Source: Paraspadella gotoi (lineage: Eukaryota > Animalia > Chaetognatha). From it: 64,000 bases of DNA. The notes beneath the pieces are model-generated. The model was not told the origin of the DNA, ran no database searches, and saw nothing but the letters and a program-made list of their open reading frames with translations. Shown one piece after another: positions 1-14,500 of the stretch. Both the position numbers and the translations under genes were made by a program. The stretch covers positions 23,302,787-23,366,786 of the forward strand of contig CM119264.1 of the NCBI GenBank assembly GCA_051294375.1, given 5' to 3'. The stretch's first letter is position 1, and each line of letters starts with the position of its first letter.

Positions 1-3000
1 ACTGGCCTCCTTATTTTCTTCCGATAACTCGCCTTGTATCGATAGTCAGGATTATTCTCCATGTGGATATTTTGCTGAGTTCGCGACTGCTCGTCCATAG
101 TAGGTGGCTGTTTCTAGTGTGACATCGCTTTATCCACCTCGCGCGCTGAAAGGAATTTAGACAAATGTTACGAATAGCGCTTAATACTTCGCCTGAACGA
201 TTTGTTGTAGTTTATTGTGTATTGTGTCGTTTTCGAATCAATTTTCAAGTTGTGATTTTCTTGACAGGATTCCTTTTCGTTCTCTTTGGCTCTAATTGGT
301 GGAAACGTGGTGATTGGAATCAGAAAGCAGTTAATCGTTGAAAATGACTCTAAAAGAGGATCCGACGTGTAAACCGTGATAATATCTCGTTTTTGATTTT
401 GTGGCAGCAAGACTTAAATAGCCTGCCTCATCGTGCTGTCCGTCCTCAGCCTCCGTCTCAAATGGCTGAGCAGGCTAAATCTTCACTATTCCATCCGTGC
501 GTCCCGGGTTCAATCCTGGGTATCCCGGTTTTCTGGCTTAAATGTGACGGGTGCCGGTATAAACATGCCAGTGACATGGAGCGGTACTGAGGGTCCGCAG
601 CCCTAACGCCAGTTTGGTGAGATTACGTCCCTCTCGCGCTCCGGGGTATCACAGGCTATCCTCCGTTTGCCCTAGTTTGTGAGTTTTGTTCACAAAGACT
701 AAGTCATACTAATTTATTTGCTTCTTTGTTAATGCGGACCTTGACAATACTCCTTCGCGCTGGGAATTGAATAAAAGCGTCTCTGTCTCCTATTTCCGAG
801 TTTTTTCTTAATTTTTTCCTTATCTTTCTTCTATTCGACTCTTAATTCGAAATTTACATTTAGTGTTTTTCATCTTATTTATTGCTGATTTTTTTTTCCC
901 TCGTTCATCTTTCAAAACACTTTTCAGATACATAAAATATTTCTGTAGCTATCTTTCATCTCTTCGCACTTTAGCTTATTCTCTTTTGTATACTTCCACA
1001 TCTCTTACATTTGCTCTATGTCTTTCGCCACCGCCTCTCCACCTCTAACCGTCATCCAATTTTCCCCCCTTCCGGCACCTTGTGGGATCGCCCTCGACCG
1101 ACCCTCACCCGCGCTCATTCGCCACTCAGAACTCGTGCTTTCAGCATGCATGCCTCATACCGATGTCTGGTGTCTTCCATCCAATGCCTCGCAGTGCAAG
1201 CCGGCGAAGATTCTTTTTTTCTCCTCGTCTCCGCTTTTTGGTGCTTTCTGTTTTTTCTCTTTGCTATCCATCCTTTCTCTCTCTCGTCTCCTCTCGTTTC
1301 TCTCTCTCTCTATCGATGCTCTCTCTTCTCTTCCTCTCTCTCTCTCTCTCTCCTCTCTCGTTCCCTCTTCTCTCTCTCTCCTCTCTCTCCCCTTGTTGCT
1401 TCGACGAGAAAAGGTTGGAAAAAGGCCGCTCTTTGTTTTTCGAAAAGCGGAAAAACGAATGTTTTTGCGCCAAAACAATAACTAAATCGTAAACAAATAA
1501 TGAAGACGTAAAAATAAGAAAAACAAAAGACAAATAATTAGAGTATTTACTGTCTAATGCTACTGTCTACAGTATCAACTGTCAACTGGTCCACTGTCAA
1601 CACTCGAAAATGTCTTTTATTTTTTGTCCCGAAAATTTTATTTTCTGGCAGGCTCACCTATCATTGACAAAAGCCATTCATAATCAGGTCCTTACAGTCA
1701 CACCTTTCCATATTCACTCAGACGCCTTGTATCCCTGCCCGCTGTGTCGACTCTTCTCGAGACCCTCACACACACCGACACACACTTACGCCCACCCTCC
1801 AGCACCGCCCACCATCTTCGACCCCATCATTCGATTCCACTCCACGATCGCGGTTTTGTGATTTCGTCACACAATTTCCCTCGTCACGGCCATTCTGGCG
1901 GCCCACGGGAGTCTCTCACTCTCTCTCCATCTTCTTTATCTCTTTCTCCTCTCTCTCTCTCCTTCTCTTCCCTTCCACGCTTCTGCTGCGTCCTCTCTCT
2001 CTTTGGCTGTTGGAGGATGGGCTCTCAATTCTGATTCCCGCCTGGACCACTTCTCGTGTTATTCTTCTCCTCGTCCTGCCCTCTCTCCTCCTTCAAGGTC
2101 TCGAGTGCTCCGTCTCGTTTGGCTGTCGGGGGATGGTCACAATTGATTCCGCTCCGACTCTTCGTTTATCCCTCGCCGCTTCATCCGCTCGTCCCTCGTT
2201 CGCCGCCCGAGTTTCGATCGGTCTTGGTTTCCTGTGGCAGTCCGTGCCTCGGATGCCCGTCTTCTCTCGCCCTCTCTCTTGTTCTCTCGTCTCTCGCCTC
2301 GGCTCGCTCGCTCCGCTCCCTTTCAGTCAGTTCTTTGTGTCGCGCTACAAAAGACTTTGATAAATAAGGGCCCCCGGGTCGCTTTCCCACCTTACGTTGA
2401 AAAAAAAATTATCAGAAAGGAAAGGTCGTGTAGGGGTGACCTTTTCTCTTCTCTCCACCAGTCTCCACAGTCCTGCACTCTCTCGCCCTTCTACCACATT
2501 CTCCTTCTTCTCTCCTATTTCTTTCTTTCTTTCTGCAGTGAGACCTGATGTTCCGTCCCACCTCTTTAATACTCTTTTCGTTCCATGCGGACCCGTCGCG
2601 CGCAATTTTGCTACTGGGCTTTAAACACGGACATTTATTATTGCCCCACTGACCTGCCCTATAGCGCAAAAGTAAGAGGCCTGCATGACAGACAACTATC
2701 GAATAACCGTAGCTGTAAGTTGAGAGTCTGCTGCAGGAAAGGTCATAATATATGAGCAATGGCCAAGCTTTCTTCCTGAGAGGCCCGTCTCCAAACTGAA
2801 ACCCAAGGAAGACCTTGCAGCCCGAGTGGCCAACCCCCAGGCCAATAGAGCACAGACCAAGCTCACTCTCCCCTCCGCGAGAGGGCAGCAAAGGGCACAA
2901 GCCCAAACCGTTTTTTTTTCTTTTGTTTGTTTCTTTACTTTTTTTTTAGTAATTTATTCCTGTGCTGCACCATGCTTTCCCCCGGTCCGCCTTCCCGACC

Positions 3001-5047
3001 TCTCCCTTCCTATCATGGTCCTTTCTACTATTCTTAACTTTTCTTCAGTTGTTGTTACATGCTACTTTTCTTTTCTTTTGATAATTTTCAATTCAACTTG
3101 TTTCTTTATACTAGCATAGGGGAAACCAACTGGTATTTTTTCGAAGAAGAAAGTCAAAAGGAAAAACGTGGACGGAAACTGTACAGTTTTCTATATGGCG
3201 CTTCCTATTTTCCTCTCCTTTTTCGCTGGTTCCTATTCCTCAACCCAAAGAGCTCACCCCGCGGTTCCAAAACGCCTCAAACGCCGAATTCACTCCCAAG
3301 TTCCGGGGCTTTTTGATTTTCCCCTAAGATCTTTTGGCAGTATTTGTCCGATTTCGTTCGCCTATAGGAGAGTCGATATTTGGCTTTGCGAGCGTAGTTT
3401 CTTTGACCTTTCCGGAATTCTTCGCGGTTTTCAGGCGTTTTTTATATTTTGTTCGCGCTCATCGTCTTTTTTGCCCGAGCAGGCTCTAGTGTCGCCATTT
3501 ATGTTTGGGCTTTATATGTATGTGTTGTTCGTGTGATACTATTTTCTTGTTCGTTTATTTGCTTGGCGTTGTGGGGAGGGGGAGCTGGAGATCTATCTAC
3601 TTATGACTATTACTTTTAGTTATTGTAATACACTTTTACGGCGTTTTAAAAAAGTTAAACATGTTCCATACTCTTTTTTTTCTTGATCTTTTCATTCATT
3701 ACATAATCAAATCTTTTCTTTCTCGATCTTCACGGGTCGTCATTTTTTCTTCTCTCTTTTTCCTCGTCGTTTCCCCTTTCACGATATCAATAAAAACTTT
3801 TCTTTCCTTTCTTTCCCTTTTTTTTTCCTTTTTCGTTATATTTTTGTATTTGTTGACTATTTTTCCGGCTTTTTTTCCCGCCTTTTATGGAATTCGGTAG
3901 ATGCTGACTGCTTTTCACAAACCGTGTGTTGTCTCATCTGCTCTCTCTCTCCTTCTCTCGTCTCTCTCTCGCTCTCTCTCATCCTGCACTCATCTCCTCT
4001 CTCTCGTCTCTCTTCCTAGGAGCGCAGCCGTATCGAACTATATCAGAAAACGGCCGAAATAAAAAGATAACTTTCCTTTCCGCCGAAAAGATACGCGCGA
4101 ACGGGCTCGCGTCGATTGTGTCTGCGGCGGTGAGGGCAGCTCGGACGAAGGCTGGGCCGTCGGCTGCATCAGCGTCGCTGCTAGCAGTGACTGGCCATTT
4201 TGTTTATTCCGGTGTCCGGAAATTTGCGTCGACATCGAGGGTGACCCGTTTATGGACAATCGTAATTCGGCTCAGGAGAGCAAAAAAAGTGGCAAAATGG
4301 CCGATAAAAAAAAGAGGAAATAAGGAAAAGGATCAGAATAACTATTTTCGGTTCCGGAAGGTAAAAAAGAAGAATGAGCGCGGATAATTCAATATATGAA
4401 TCGTCGAGAAAAGAAAGGATTTATGGGNNNNNNNNNNNNNNNNNNNNNNNNNTTACATTTTTCAATATGATTTTATACATGATATGCCACTATTATCTAA
4501 GCTTTTCCTCTCTCTTTTAACTCAATTCTCTTCCTTCTCTCTTTCATCTTTCTACTCTCTTCCCTTTTCCTGCTGGATCTGGTCCTCAAATGATTTTTAT
4601 TCTCCCTATCCGCTTTCATCTTTTCCGCCCCGCTTTGAGTACACGCTTCCACACATGCCTTCCCCCTCGCCCCTCGGGTCAAGGTCCACGTGGGTTTACT
4701 TTCTTCGTAACGCACTTTCTTCTCTCCCTCTCTCTCTTGCTCTCTCTCTCTCTCTTTCTATCTTTTTCCATTGAAAAAAACATCTTTAAATAAAAGATAA
4801 CTATGAATATTTTTCAAGTTGTGGCATAGTTATAATAAATATATAAATTTTTGATTTTATATATATGAATATTTGATATTAAACTCACATCATATGTTGA
4901 AAGCGTAAAATATCGACCACTCAATTCGTTCAGTGAACTGTTGTTTTTGAAACCGATTCCTTTCTTGGTGTTAATTCTGATACAGGCAAAGAATAACGGC
5001 CTCTCAATTAACCAAGAGAAACGGGAAAGAGCGGAGTCAATGAGAAG

Positions 5048-5082
<35 letters not shown>

Positions 5083-8000
5083 AGAGAGAGAAGAGAAGAA
5101 GAGAGAGAGAGAGAGCGAGAGAGAGAGAGAGACGCTTCGCCGCCACGGCCCTCAGGTGTTCCATATAGGAGTGCTTTCGTTAAACACTGAGCATCTGTGA
5201 CCCACCCTCTGCATAGGACACAACGACGACGATTACGACGACGACGAGAACCGCAGACGGCACGCTCTCTCAGGCACAAAAACGACCTCCACACTCCCCC
5301 CACCCTCAGCTCCCGCCCACTGTATACCTTCACTCCACTGTTACTTTATCCGAGTGTTTTTTCATCCCCGTCATGCCCAGCATAGGCCTCTCGTCACACT
5401 TCGCCACACGGCGCTACTCCACAGTTAATAGCGCCATGTTACGCTACGTCAATCTTTGCCAAGCCAGACGATTTCATAAAATACGAATCATCCATACGAT
5501 CGATCCTTCCATTGTCCAATATCTCTATTGACTGGCCCCTTATTTCTTCCGATAACTCACCTGTATCGATAGTCAGGATATTTCTCCATGTGGATTTTGC
5601 TGAGTCGCGACTGCTCGTCATAGTAGGGCTGTTTCTCAGTGTTGGACATCGCTTTCCACCTCGCGCCTGAAAGGAAATTTAGACAAATTGTTACGAATAG
5701 CGCTTAATCCTTCGCTGAACATTTTGTTGTCATTAATTTGTATTGTGTCGTTTTCGAATCAATTTTAATTGTGATTTTCTTGACAGGATTCCCTCGCTCT
5801 TCTTAAACTGATCTAGAACAGTTAACGTAAAATGATCTCAAGAGGAAGTGTAAAACCTGTAATATCTTTGTTTGTGAGTTTGTCACAAGACTAAGTCATA
5901 CTAAATTTATTCTTCCCTTTGTTAATGCGGCCTTGACATACGCCTTCGCGATGGGAATTTAATAAAAACGTCTCTGTCTCTATTTCCGATTTTTTCTTAT
6001 TTTTTCCTTGTTTCTTCTATTCGACTCTTAATTCTAAATTTACATTTGTTTTTATTCATCTTATTATTGCTATTTTTTTTTTCTCTTCTCTTTTCAATCA
6101 CTTTTCAGATAAAATATTTCTGTAGCTATCTTTCATCTCTTCTCCCTTGCTTATTCTCTTTTGTATCTTCATCTCTTANNNNNNNNNNNNNNNNNNNNNN
6201 NNNNNNNNNNNNNNNNNNNNNNNNNNNNNNNNNNNNNNNNNNNNNNNNNNNNNNNNNNNNNNNNNNNNNNNNNNNNNNNNNNNNNNNNNNNNNNNNNNNN
6301 NNNNNNNNNNNNNNNNNNNNNNNNNNNNNNNNNNNNNNNNNNNNNNNNNNNNNNNNNNNNNNNNNNNNNNNNNNNNNNNNNNNNNNNNNNNNNNNNNNNN
6401 NNNNNNNNNNNNNNNNNNNNNNNNNNNNNNNNNNNNNNNNNNNNNNNNNNNNNNNNNNNNNNNNNNNNNNNNNNNNAACAATAATGAAGACGAGAAAAAT
6501 AAGAAAAACAAAGACAAATGATAGAGATTGACTGTCTAATGTCTACTGTCTTCAGTCAACTGTCAACTGTCAACTGTCAACTGTCCACTGTCAACCTCGA
6601 AAATGTCTTTGATTTTTTTTTCCGGAAATTTTCATTTTCTGCAGACTCACCTTATATGACAAAGCCATTCATTCACTACACCCCTTCCATATTCCCACCT
6701 GTACCCTTGCCCCTTCTCCTTTCTNNNNNNNNNNNNNNNNNNNNNNNNNNNNNNNNNNNNNNNNNNNNNNNNNNNNNNNNNNNNNNNNNNNNNNNNNNNN
6801 NNNNNNNNNNNNNNNNNNNNNNNNNNNNNNNNNNNNNNNNNNNNNNNNNNNNNNNNNNNNNNNNNNNNNNNNNNNNNNNNNNNNNNNNNNNNNNNNNNNN
6901 NNNNNNNNNNNNNNNNNNNNNNNNNNNNNNNNNNNNNNNNNNNNNNNNNNNNNNNNNNNNNNNNNNNNNNNNNNNNNNNNNNNNNNNNNNNNNNNNNNNN
7001 NNNNNNNNNNNTCGCTCGCTCGCTCGCTCGCTCGCTTTTCCGTCAGTTCTTTTGTGTCCGCGCTACAAAAACTTTGATAAATAAGGCCCCGGGGTCGCTT
7101 TCCACTGAAAATCAAGGAAAGGTCGTAGGCTTTTCTCTCTCCCAGTCTCACTCTCGCCCTTCTCCACATTCTCTTTCTCTACCCTTATTCTTTCTTTCTT
7201 TCTGCTACAGACTGTTTCCGTCCCCACCCTTTCAATATCTCTTTTCGTTCAATGCGGCCCGTCGCGCGCATTTTGCTACTGGCTTTAACAGACATTTATT
7301 TGCCCACCTGACTGCCCTAAGCGCAACGTAAGAGGCCTGCATGACAGACAACTTCGAAATAACCGTGCTGAAGTTGGAGAGTCTGCTGCAGAAAGGCCAT
7401 AATATATGAAGCAAAATGGCCAAGCTTTCTTCCTGAGAGGCCCTCTCCAATGAAACCCCAAAAAACCTTCATCCCGAGTGGCCAACCCAGCACATAGAGC
7501 ACACCAGCTCACCTCCCCCTCCGCGAGAGGGCAGCAAAGGGCACAACAACCGTTTTTTTCTTTTGTTTGTTTTCTTTACTTTTTTTTAGTATTTATTTCC
7601 TGTGCTGCACCACCTGCTTTCCCGGTCCCCCTTTCCGACCTTCTCCCCTTCCTATCTCTCCTTTTCTACTATTCTTACTTTTCCTTCAGTTGTGATTACA
7701 TTCTACTTTTCTTTTTTTATTTTCAATTCAACTTGTTCTTTATACTACATAGGCGGGAAACCAACTGTATTTTTGAAAGAAAAAGTAAAAGAAAAACGTG
7801 GACGAAACTGTACAGTTTTCTTTGCGCTTCCTTTCCTCTCCTTTTTCTGTTCCCTTCCTCACCCAAAGAGCTCACCCTCCCGGTTCCAACGCCCAAACCC
7901 GAATTTCCCCTCCCAAGTTTCCGGCTTTTGATTCCCAGGATCTGTTTGGCATATTGTCCGATTTCGTCGCCATGGAAACGAATTTGGCTTTCGACGTGTT

Positions 8001-9045
8001 TTTTGCCTTCCGAATTCTTCGCTTTTTCAGCTTTTTTATATTTTTCTCTCTCTTTTCGGCTTTTCCTTTATGTTTGGGCTTTTTATGTTGTTTCGGCTTA
8101 TTCTTTTTCTTTTATTTGCTTTGCCTTTGGGAGGGGGAGCTGGAGATTATTACTATGATATATTTTTAGTTTGTAATAAACTTTTACGCGTTTTAAAACT
8201 TAAACATTTCCATATCTTTTTTTTCTTGATCTTTTCATTTCTTACATAAATAAAATCTTTTCTTTTTCNNNNNNNNNNNNNNNNNNNNNNNNNNNNNNNN
8301 NNNNNNNNNNNNNNNNNNNNNNNNNNNNNNNNNNNNNNNNNNNNNNNNNNNNNNNNNNNNNNNNNNNNNNNNNNNNNNNNNNNNNNNNNNNNNNNNNNNN
8401 NNNNNNNNNNNNNNNNNNNNNNNNNNNNNNNNNNNNNNNNNNNNNNNNNNNNNNNNNNNNNNNNNNNNNNNNNNNNNNNNNNNNNNNNNNNNNNNNNNNN
8501 NNNNNNNNNNNNNNNNNNNNNNNNNNNNNNNNNNNNNNNNNNNNNNNNNNNNNNNNNNNNNNNNNNNNNNNNNNNNNNNNNNNNNNNNNNNNNNNNNNNN
8601 NNNNNNNNNNNNNNNNNNNNNNNNNNNNNNNNNNNNNNNNNNNNNNNNNNNNNNNNNNNNNNNNNNNNNNNNNNNNNNNNNNNNNNNNNNNNNNNNNNNN
8701 NNNNNNNAAAAAAAAGATAACTTTCCTCCGCCGAAAAATACGGCGACGGGTTCGGCGTTGTGTCTGCGGCGTCGGCAGCGGCGAAGGCGGCGTCGGCTGC
8801 ATCAGCGTCGCTCTAGCGTGACGCCATTTTTTTATTCGGGTCCGGAAATTTGCGTCGCATCGAGGGTGACCCGTTTATGACAATCGTAATTCGCTCAGGA
8901 GAGAAAAAAAGTGGCAAAAAATGGCCGAAAAAAAAAGAGGAAAAAAGGAAAAGGATAGAATAACTATTTTCGGTTTCCGGAAGGTAAAAAAGAAGAATGA
9001 GCGCGGAAATTATATATGAATCGTCTGAGAAAGAAAGGTTTAGGG
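1..9045 (+). repeat. Tandem duplicated block: 1-4427 matches 5531-9045
   Basis: Colinear near-identity (actggc..ccttatt.., gtcaactgtc, gagagggcagcaaagggcacaa, atgagcgcgga). Copy 1 ends at the 25-N gap 4428-4452. Confidence 0.92.
420..675 (+). mobile_element. tRNA-derived SINE-like insertion
   Basis: Pol III A-box-like TGGCTGAGCAGG (463-474) and B-box-like GGTTCAATCC (507-516) at tRNA-like spacing. The segment is absent from the duplicate copy at ~5865-5875. Boundaries approximate. Confidence 0.6.
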
Positions 9046-11247
9046 TGAGTTTTAAAGTTGTTTTTTTTACTTATTCTCCGGTATAAACTATTATGTCGAC
9101 TTTTTGTTTCTTTCGCGATATTCTGAACTTATGTTCATCTCTTTAAACCTACCCTTATTTCATCCCCACCGAACCCCCCACGTTCGCTACCCTCTTATTT
9201 CTCCCTCGGCTAAAAATAGTCTTTTCTCTTCGCAAGTGACTTCGATTAGCCAGGGATTCTCGCTCACCCTTTAACCCCGTCGGGCCGCGCATCCTCCCNN
9301 NNNNNNNNNNNNNNNNNNNNNNNNNNNNNNNNNNNNNNNNNNNNNNNNNNNNNNNNNNNNNNNNNNNNNNNNNNNNNNNNNNNNNNNNNNNNNNNNNNNN
9401 NNNNNNNNNNNNNNNNNNNNNNNNNNNNNNNNNNNNNNNNNNNNNNNNNNNNTTCAGATGGTGATGTAATTTAGTTGATCAACTCGAAGAAAAGAAAAGA
9501 AAGAGAGAGCGAGAGAGAGCGAGAGATAGACGCTCCTCGCTCGACTGACCAACGGGCGACGTCGAAGGCGAACGGAGCTCGCTGATTGGTCGGCGTAGGA
9601 ATGAGCGAAGCGCCGATTGGTAGGCGAGACGCGTGACAATGGGAGGGAGGAGTCTCAAAAAAGTTGATAAAATGAGAAAGGGAGAGAGAAGGAGGATAAA
9701 AACGGAGAGAAAAGAAGAGAGAGAGAGAGTGAGAGAGGATGATAATAATAAAAATTAAAAGGGTGGAAAGAGAAAAAAAAGACAAAATCGTTTTGTTCTC
9801 TCTTTGTTTCTTTCTGTTCTTTTTCTTTATTCAATCTCTTTCTCTCTCTCTCTTTCTCTAATTCTCTCTTTCTCTTTCTCTCTTTCTCTATTTTTTCTTT
9901 CTCTCTCTCGCTCTCTATTTCTCCTTCTCGAGCTTTCAGTAAATGTTATACACAGCATTTTAAAATTGAAACTGACATTTTATTTTTTTATCAACTTGAT
10001 CAACTTTTTAATTTTGTAAAATTTCGCTAAAATTTTGGAATTTTATTAATGATTTCAAATTTATAATATTTAAAATTTCTTGCGAACGTCGTAGCGGTGA
10101 AATACTCAGGATTCCCAAAGCGATGTCTCAAGAAAAGAAATTATTTTCTCTCTCTCTCTCTCTNNNNNNNNNNNNNNNNNNNNNNNNNNNNNNNNNNNNN
10201 NNNNNNNNNNNNNNNNNNNNNNNNNNNNNNNNNNNNNNNNNNNNNNNNNNNNNNNNNNNNNNNNNNNNNNNNNNNNNNNNNNNNNNNNNNNNNNNNNNNN
10301 NNNNNNNNNNNNNNNNNNNNNNNNNACACACTTGACTTTCTGCAACACTGAATTTAATCTCGGTTTTTTGTTCAACTTTTTCTTTCTTTAGAAATCTCTT
10401 TCTTTTCTCCCCTTTCTTATCTCCGGGCTTTATTCTCTCTGTCTCTGTCTCTTTCTTCTCTCTGTCTCTAAATCTCTCCCTCTCTCCTTCTCTAACGCTC
10501 ACCCCTCTCTCTCTCGNNNNNNNNNNNNNNNNNNNNNNNNNNNNNNNNNNNNNNNNNNNNNNNNNNNNNNNNNNNNNNNNNNNNNNNNNNNNNNNNNNNN
10601 NNNNNNNNNNNNNNNNNNNNNNNNNNAAAGAGAGATGCGGAGAAAGGTCAGCTCGGGAAAAAAGGGGAAATTAGAAAAGAGGCGCCACGAAAATTAGGAA
10701 ATCTAGAGTTGATTTTTCTTACCAAAAATAAAGACAATGCATATTGTCACAAGGATATTAGAATTTAGAATAGATTTTGCATGAAGGCATGAATTGTTGT
10801 TTACTAAGTTAAGAGATTAAGGCAGACGATGAATATCGACTGAAACAATTAAACCTCAAGCATTGCGGATTTGAAATTAATTAATTTTATCTTCTGATGA
10901 TTATACGATTGACCGTTTTTAAAGTAAGCGGAGAGCAGTCATGCAGTCACAAAGCTCTTATTTTTTATATTTCACATTTTAGCTTTTTTCTTTTTTTCCC
11001 TTTTTTTTCTTAGGCGCAGATATTTCTTTTCTTTCTCTTCCTTTTTCCGCCCCATTCTGTTTCTTTCTCGCCTGTTTTGAATCTTTTGCTTTCTATTTTG
11101 TTCTTATGTTTTTTTCTTGTTTTTTTCTTTTCTCTGTTCCCTTTATTTGACCATCAGGATTTCTAAAGAGGCGCTTCTCTCCCGCTTGTCTCACATCCCT
11201 TCTTTCCTTCTCCCTTAAGGATCAAAACAATTTCCATTTTCTGATAA

Positions 11248-11286
<39 letters not shown>

Positions 11287-11501
11287 NNNNNNNNNNNNNN
11301 NNNNNNNNNNNNNNNNNNNNNNNNNNNNNNNNNNNNNNNNNNNNNNNNNNNNNNNNNNNNNNNNNNNNNNNNNNNNNNNNNNNNNNNNNNNNNNNNNNNN
11401 NNNNNNNNNNNNNNNNNNNNNNNNNNNNNNNNNNNNNNNNNNNNNNNNNNNNNNNNNNNNNNNNNNNNNNNNNNNNNNNNNNNNNNNNNNNNNNNNNNNN
11501 N

Positions 11502-11540
<39 letters not shown>

Positions 11541-14500
11541 CTGCGGCGCTGCAGAGCGACATCTGGACAGCAGCTGCCAAAGATAAAAGACAAACAAAAT
11601 GGCCGACGAGTGGCGTTCGCCTTTTATTTCCTTTCTTTTTTTTTCCTTTCTTTTTCTTTTATTTCTTTTTATTTTGNNNNNNNNNNNNNNNNNNNNNNNN
11701 NNNNNNNNNNNNNNNNNNNNNNNNNNNNNNNNNNNNNNNNNNNNNNNNNNNNNNNNNNNNNNNNNNNNNNNNNNNNNNNNNNNNNNNNNNNNNNNNNNNN
11801 NNNNNNNNNNNNNNNNNNNNNNNNNNNNNNNNNNNNNNNNNNNNNNNNNNNNNNNNNNNNNNNNNNNNNNNNNNNNNNNNNNNNNNNNNNNNNNNNNNNN
11901 NNNNNNNNNNNNNNNNNNNNNNNNNNNNNNNNNNNNNNNNNNNNNNNNNNNNNNNNNNNNNNNNNNNNNNNNNNNNNNNNNNNNNNNNNNNNNNNNNNNN
12001 NNNNNNNNNNNNNNNNNNNNNNNNNNNNNNNNNNTGACCAGAGTGTCGGAGAGATGGAGGGATAGCAGAGTGTGAAATAGGAAAAAAAATATATATACTA
12101 ATATAGATAAGCTTTATATTCGTGGGTTTTTATGACCGAAATGCAATACACTAATNNNNNNNNNNGGGATAGCAGAGTGTGGAATAGGAAAAAAATCTAT
12201 ATACTAATATAGATAAGCTTTATTTTCGTGAGTTTTTATGACCGAACAGCAAATGAGGCAAATCGCGCGAAACAGCGAAAAAAATGTATTTTATGCCNNN
12301 NNNNNNNNNNNNNNNNNNNNNNNNNNNNNNNNNNNNNNNNNNNNNNNNNNNNNNNNNNNNNNNNNNNNNNNNNNNNNNNNNNNNNNNNNNNNNNNNNNNN
12401 NNNNNNNNNNNNNNNNNNNNNNNNNNNNNNNNNNNNNNNNNNNNNNNNNNNNNNNNNNNNNNNNNNNNNNNNNNNNNNNNNNNNNNNNNNNNNNNNNNNN
12501 NNNNNNNNNNNNNNNNNNNNNNNNNNAACAAAAAAAAGAGAGACGGTCCATTCTAGTCTCCGGGCATCGAGCAGCGGGCATCGGACTCGGTGAGCGGGGC
12601 GTCGGGGCGGGCGNNNNNNNNNNNNNNNNNNNNNNNNNNNNNNNNNNNNNNNNNNNNNNNNNNNNNNNNNNNNNNNNNNNNNNNNNNNNNNNNNNNNNNN
12701 NNNNNNNNNNNNNNNNNNNNNNNNNNNNNNNNNNNNNNNNNNNNNNNNNNNNNNNNNNNNNNNNNNNNNNNNNNNNNNNNNNNNNNNNNNNNNNNNNNNN
12801 NNNNNNNNNNNNNNNNNNNNNNNNNNNNNNNNNNNNNNNNNNNNNNNNNNGGGCAAGAAGCAGAGAGAACTCAAAGGCCATTGTGCCTTGAAAAATCGCC
12901 ACTGATATGAGAAGATGAAAAAGGATGACGACGAAGTGATTGGGCAAAGGCGAAGTTGGGGCGAAATAAAGACGAAGTCATGGCGAAGAAGAGGTGAAGG
13001 GAAGGCGAAGTAATGGCAAAGGTTAGGCTTAGTAGAGGCGAAATGTCTCACGGAGTTAAACGCTATGCAAGTATGTAGCATCTTATCATCTATAGTTTAA
13101 TAAGAAATGGATGCGAAAGAAGGAGTTAGATTGCAAGAAAGGTAGCCCAAGAAGAAAAGGGAGGTAAGGCGAAACAAAGTAGAACACAATCCTGCGCTAT
13201 GGAACTGAAAAGGTTTCCAGAGGTAGGCGGGACTTGGTCGAGGGAAGAGGGGAGTGAGTTTTAATCCACTCAGCAGTTGCTAAGCAGTTATTTTTCGGTG
13301 GTGAGGGCAGATTTGAATGCAGAGGGTCGAACTAACCCAGTATTATAATTTAAACCCAAAGTTAAACATCACGTGACAGTTCATCAAGAATTGTAAAAGA
13401 TTGTAGTTGTCATCGAAAAAGTCAACATGAAATTTTAAATGATATTAATTTCATCGAAACCGATATCTTGTCCATGCCAGTCTTAACAAGATAATTTAAT
13501 TTCGACTGTTATATTTATATTTAGAAAGGAAACAAGGATCTATATCAGATTGACAGTGTTTATTTGTGGCTTAAGGTTTACGCCATCTCTCAGGTTTTGC
13601 AATTTTACATTCTTGTAATCTCATTTTAGCATATTGGCGCCGAATATGTTAATGTTCACATACTTAGAAAGCATGTTGTAAACTCGCTTTCTCAACACTG
13701 CTGACCTCGTTCAAGAGAGCATCGCCCATTCGAAACGTCGTGCTACCCACCTCGCGACGCTCTCACGAGTCCACCACTTTCTTACCCTCCCCGTAACCCA
13801 GCCTCATTTACTGAACAGCCACCTTCAACCTCAAATCCTCTCAGGGAGAGCGACGACACTAACTCTCCTATCATACCTTCGTCGACTCGAGATGTGATCG
13901 GGAAACTGCGAGACATTGCGTGAGGCATAGGAAGATCGCTGATGATGACGAATAAAAAAGGATCTACGTTATTACCCGGCGGACTCGACTCCAGAGAATT
14001 CGCTTCCCATTTTTGGTTCCAATTGGGTTTGACTAAGAACGTATCATAGGGAGAGAATGGGACTTTACTTCCATTACGGACACGGTTCACAAACAGGAGA
14101 AAGGGTCTAAAAAGAAGTTTGGATTCAATATGATTGAATTTGATCTGGAGGCGTTGTGTAGATGAATGGGAAGATGCTTGAAAATTGGCTTTGTATTTAC
14201 TATTATAAATCATTTTGTTGTTCTATTCGTCTTAGTTTATGTAGAAATTAGTATAGAATTTGATGTTATTATGTTTTATTTACGCATGTTTGTGTGAATG
14301 TAGTGAATGTATAGGAAATATTATGTATATTTAAAAATACTTGAAGAATCTATACGTAAAAGAATAGCACTCATCCAAACTTAGTTTATTTTTCAACCTA
14401 CAAATCTCGATTACAATAAAAAAAATTAAATAAAAAATCAGCTAAAAGATAATATATAATTTCTAATAATCAATTTATGTTCTCAGGCTTTTTAAGTTAT

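Noticed and set aside
5400-5870. Minus-strand coding-like fragment (ORF 5439..5621, duplicated at 1-390)
   Set aside because: Could be a transposon remnant, but I recognise no motif and cannot assign it without a search.
12056-12250. ~95 bp tandem duplicate
   Set aside because: It straddles an 11-N gap and occurs once in the other copy (~28915-29000), so it is a contig-overlap artefact.
6046-13081. ORFs made largely of X residues
   Set aside because: Artefacts of reading through N gaps.
13700-14200. Microsatellite-free, coding-like stretch (ORF 13782..14213)
   Set aside because: No recognisable domain or splice pattern in noisy sequence.
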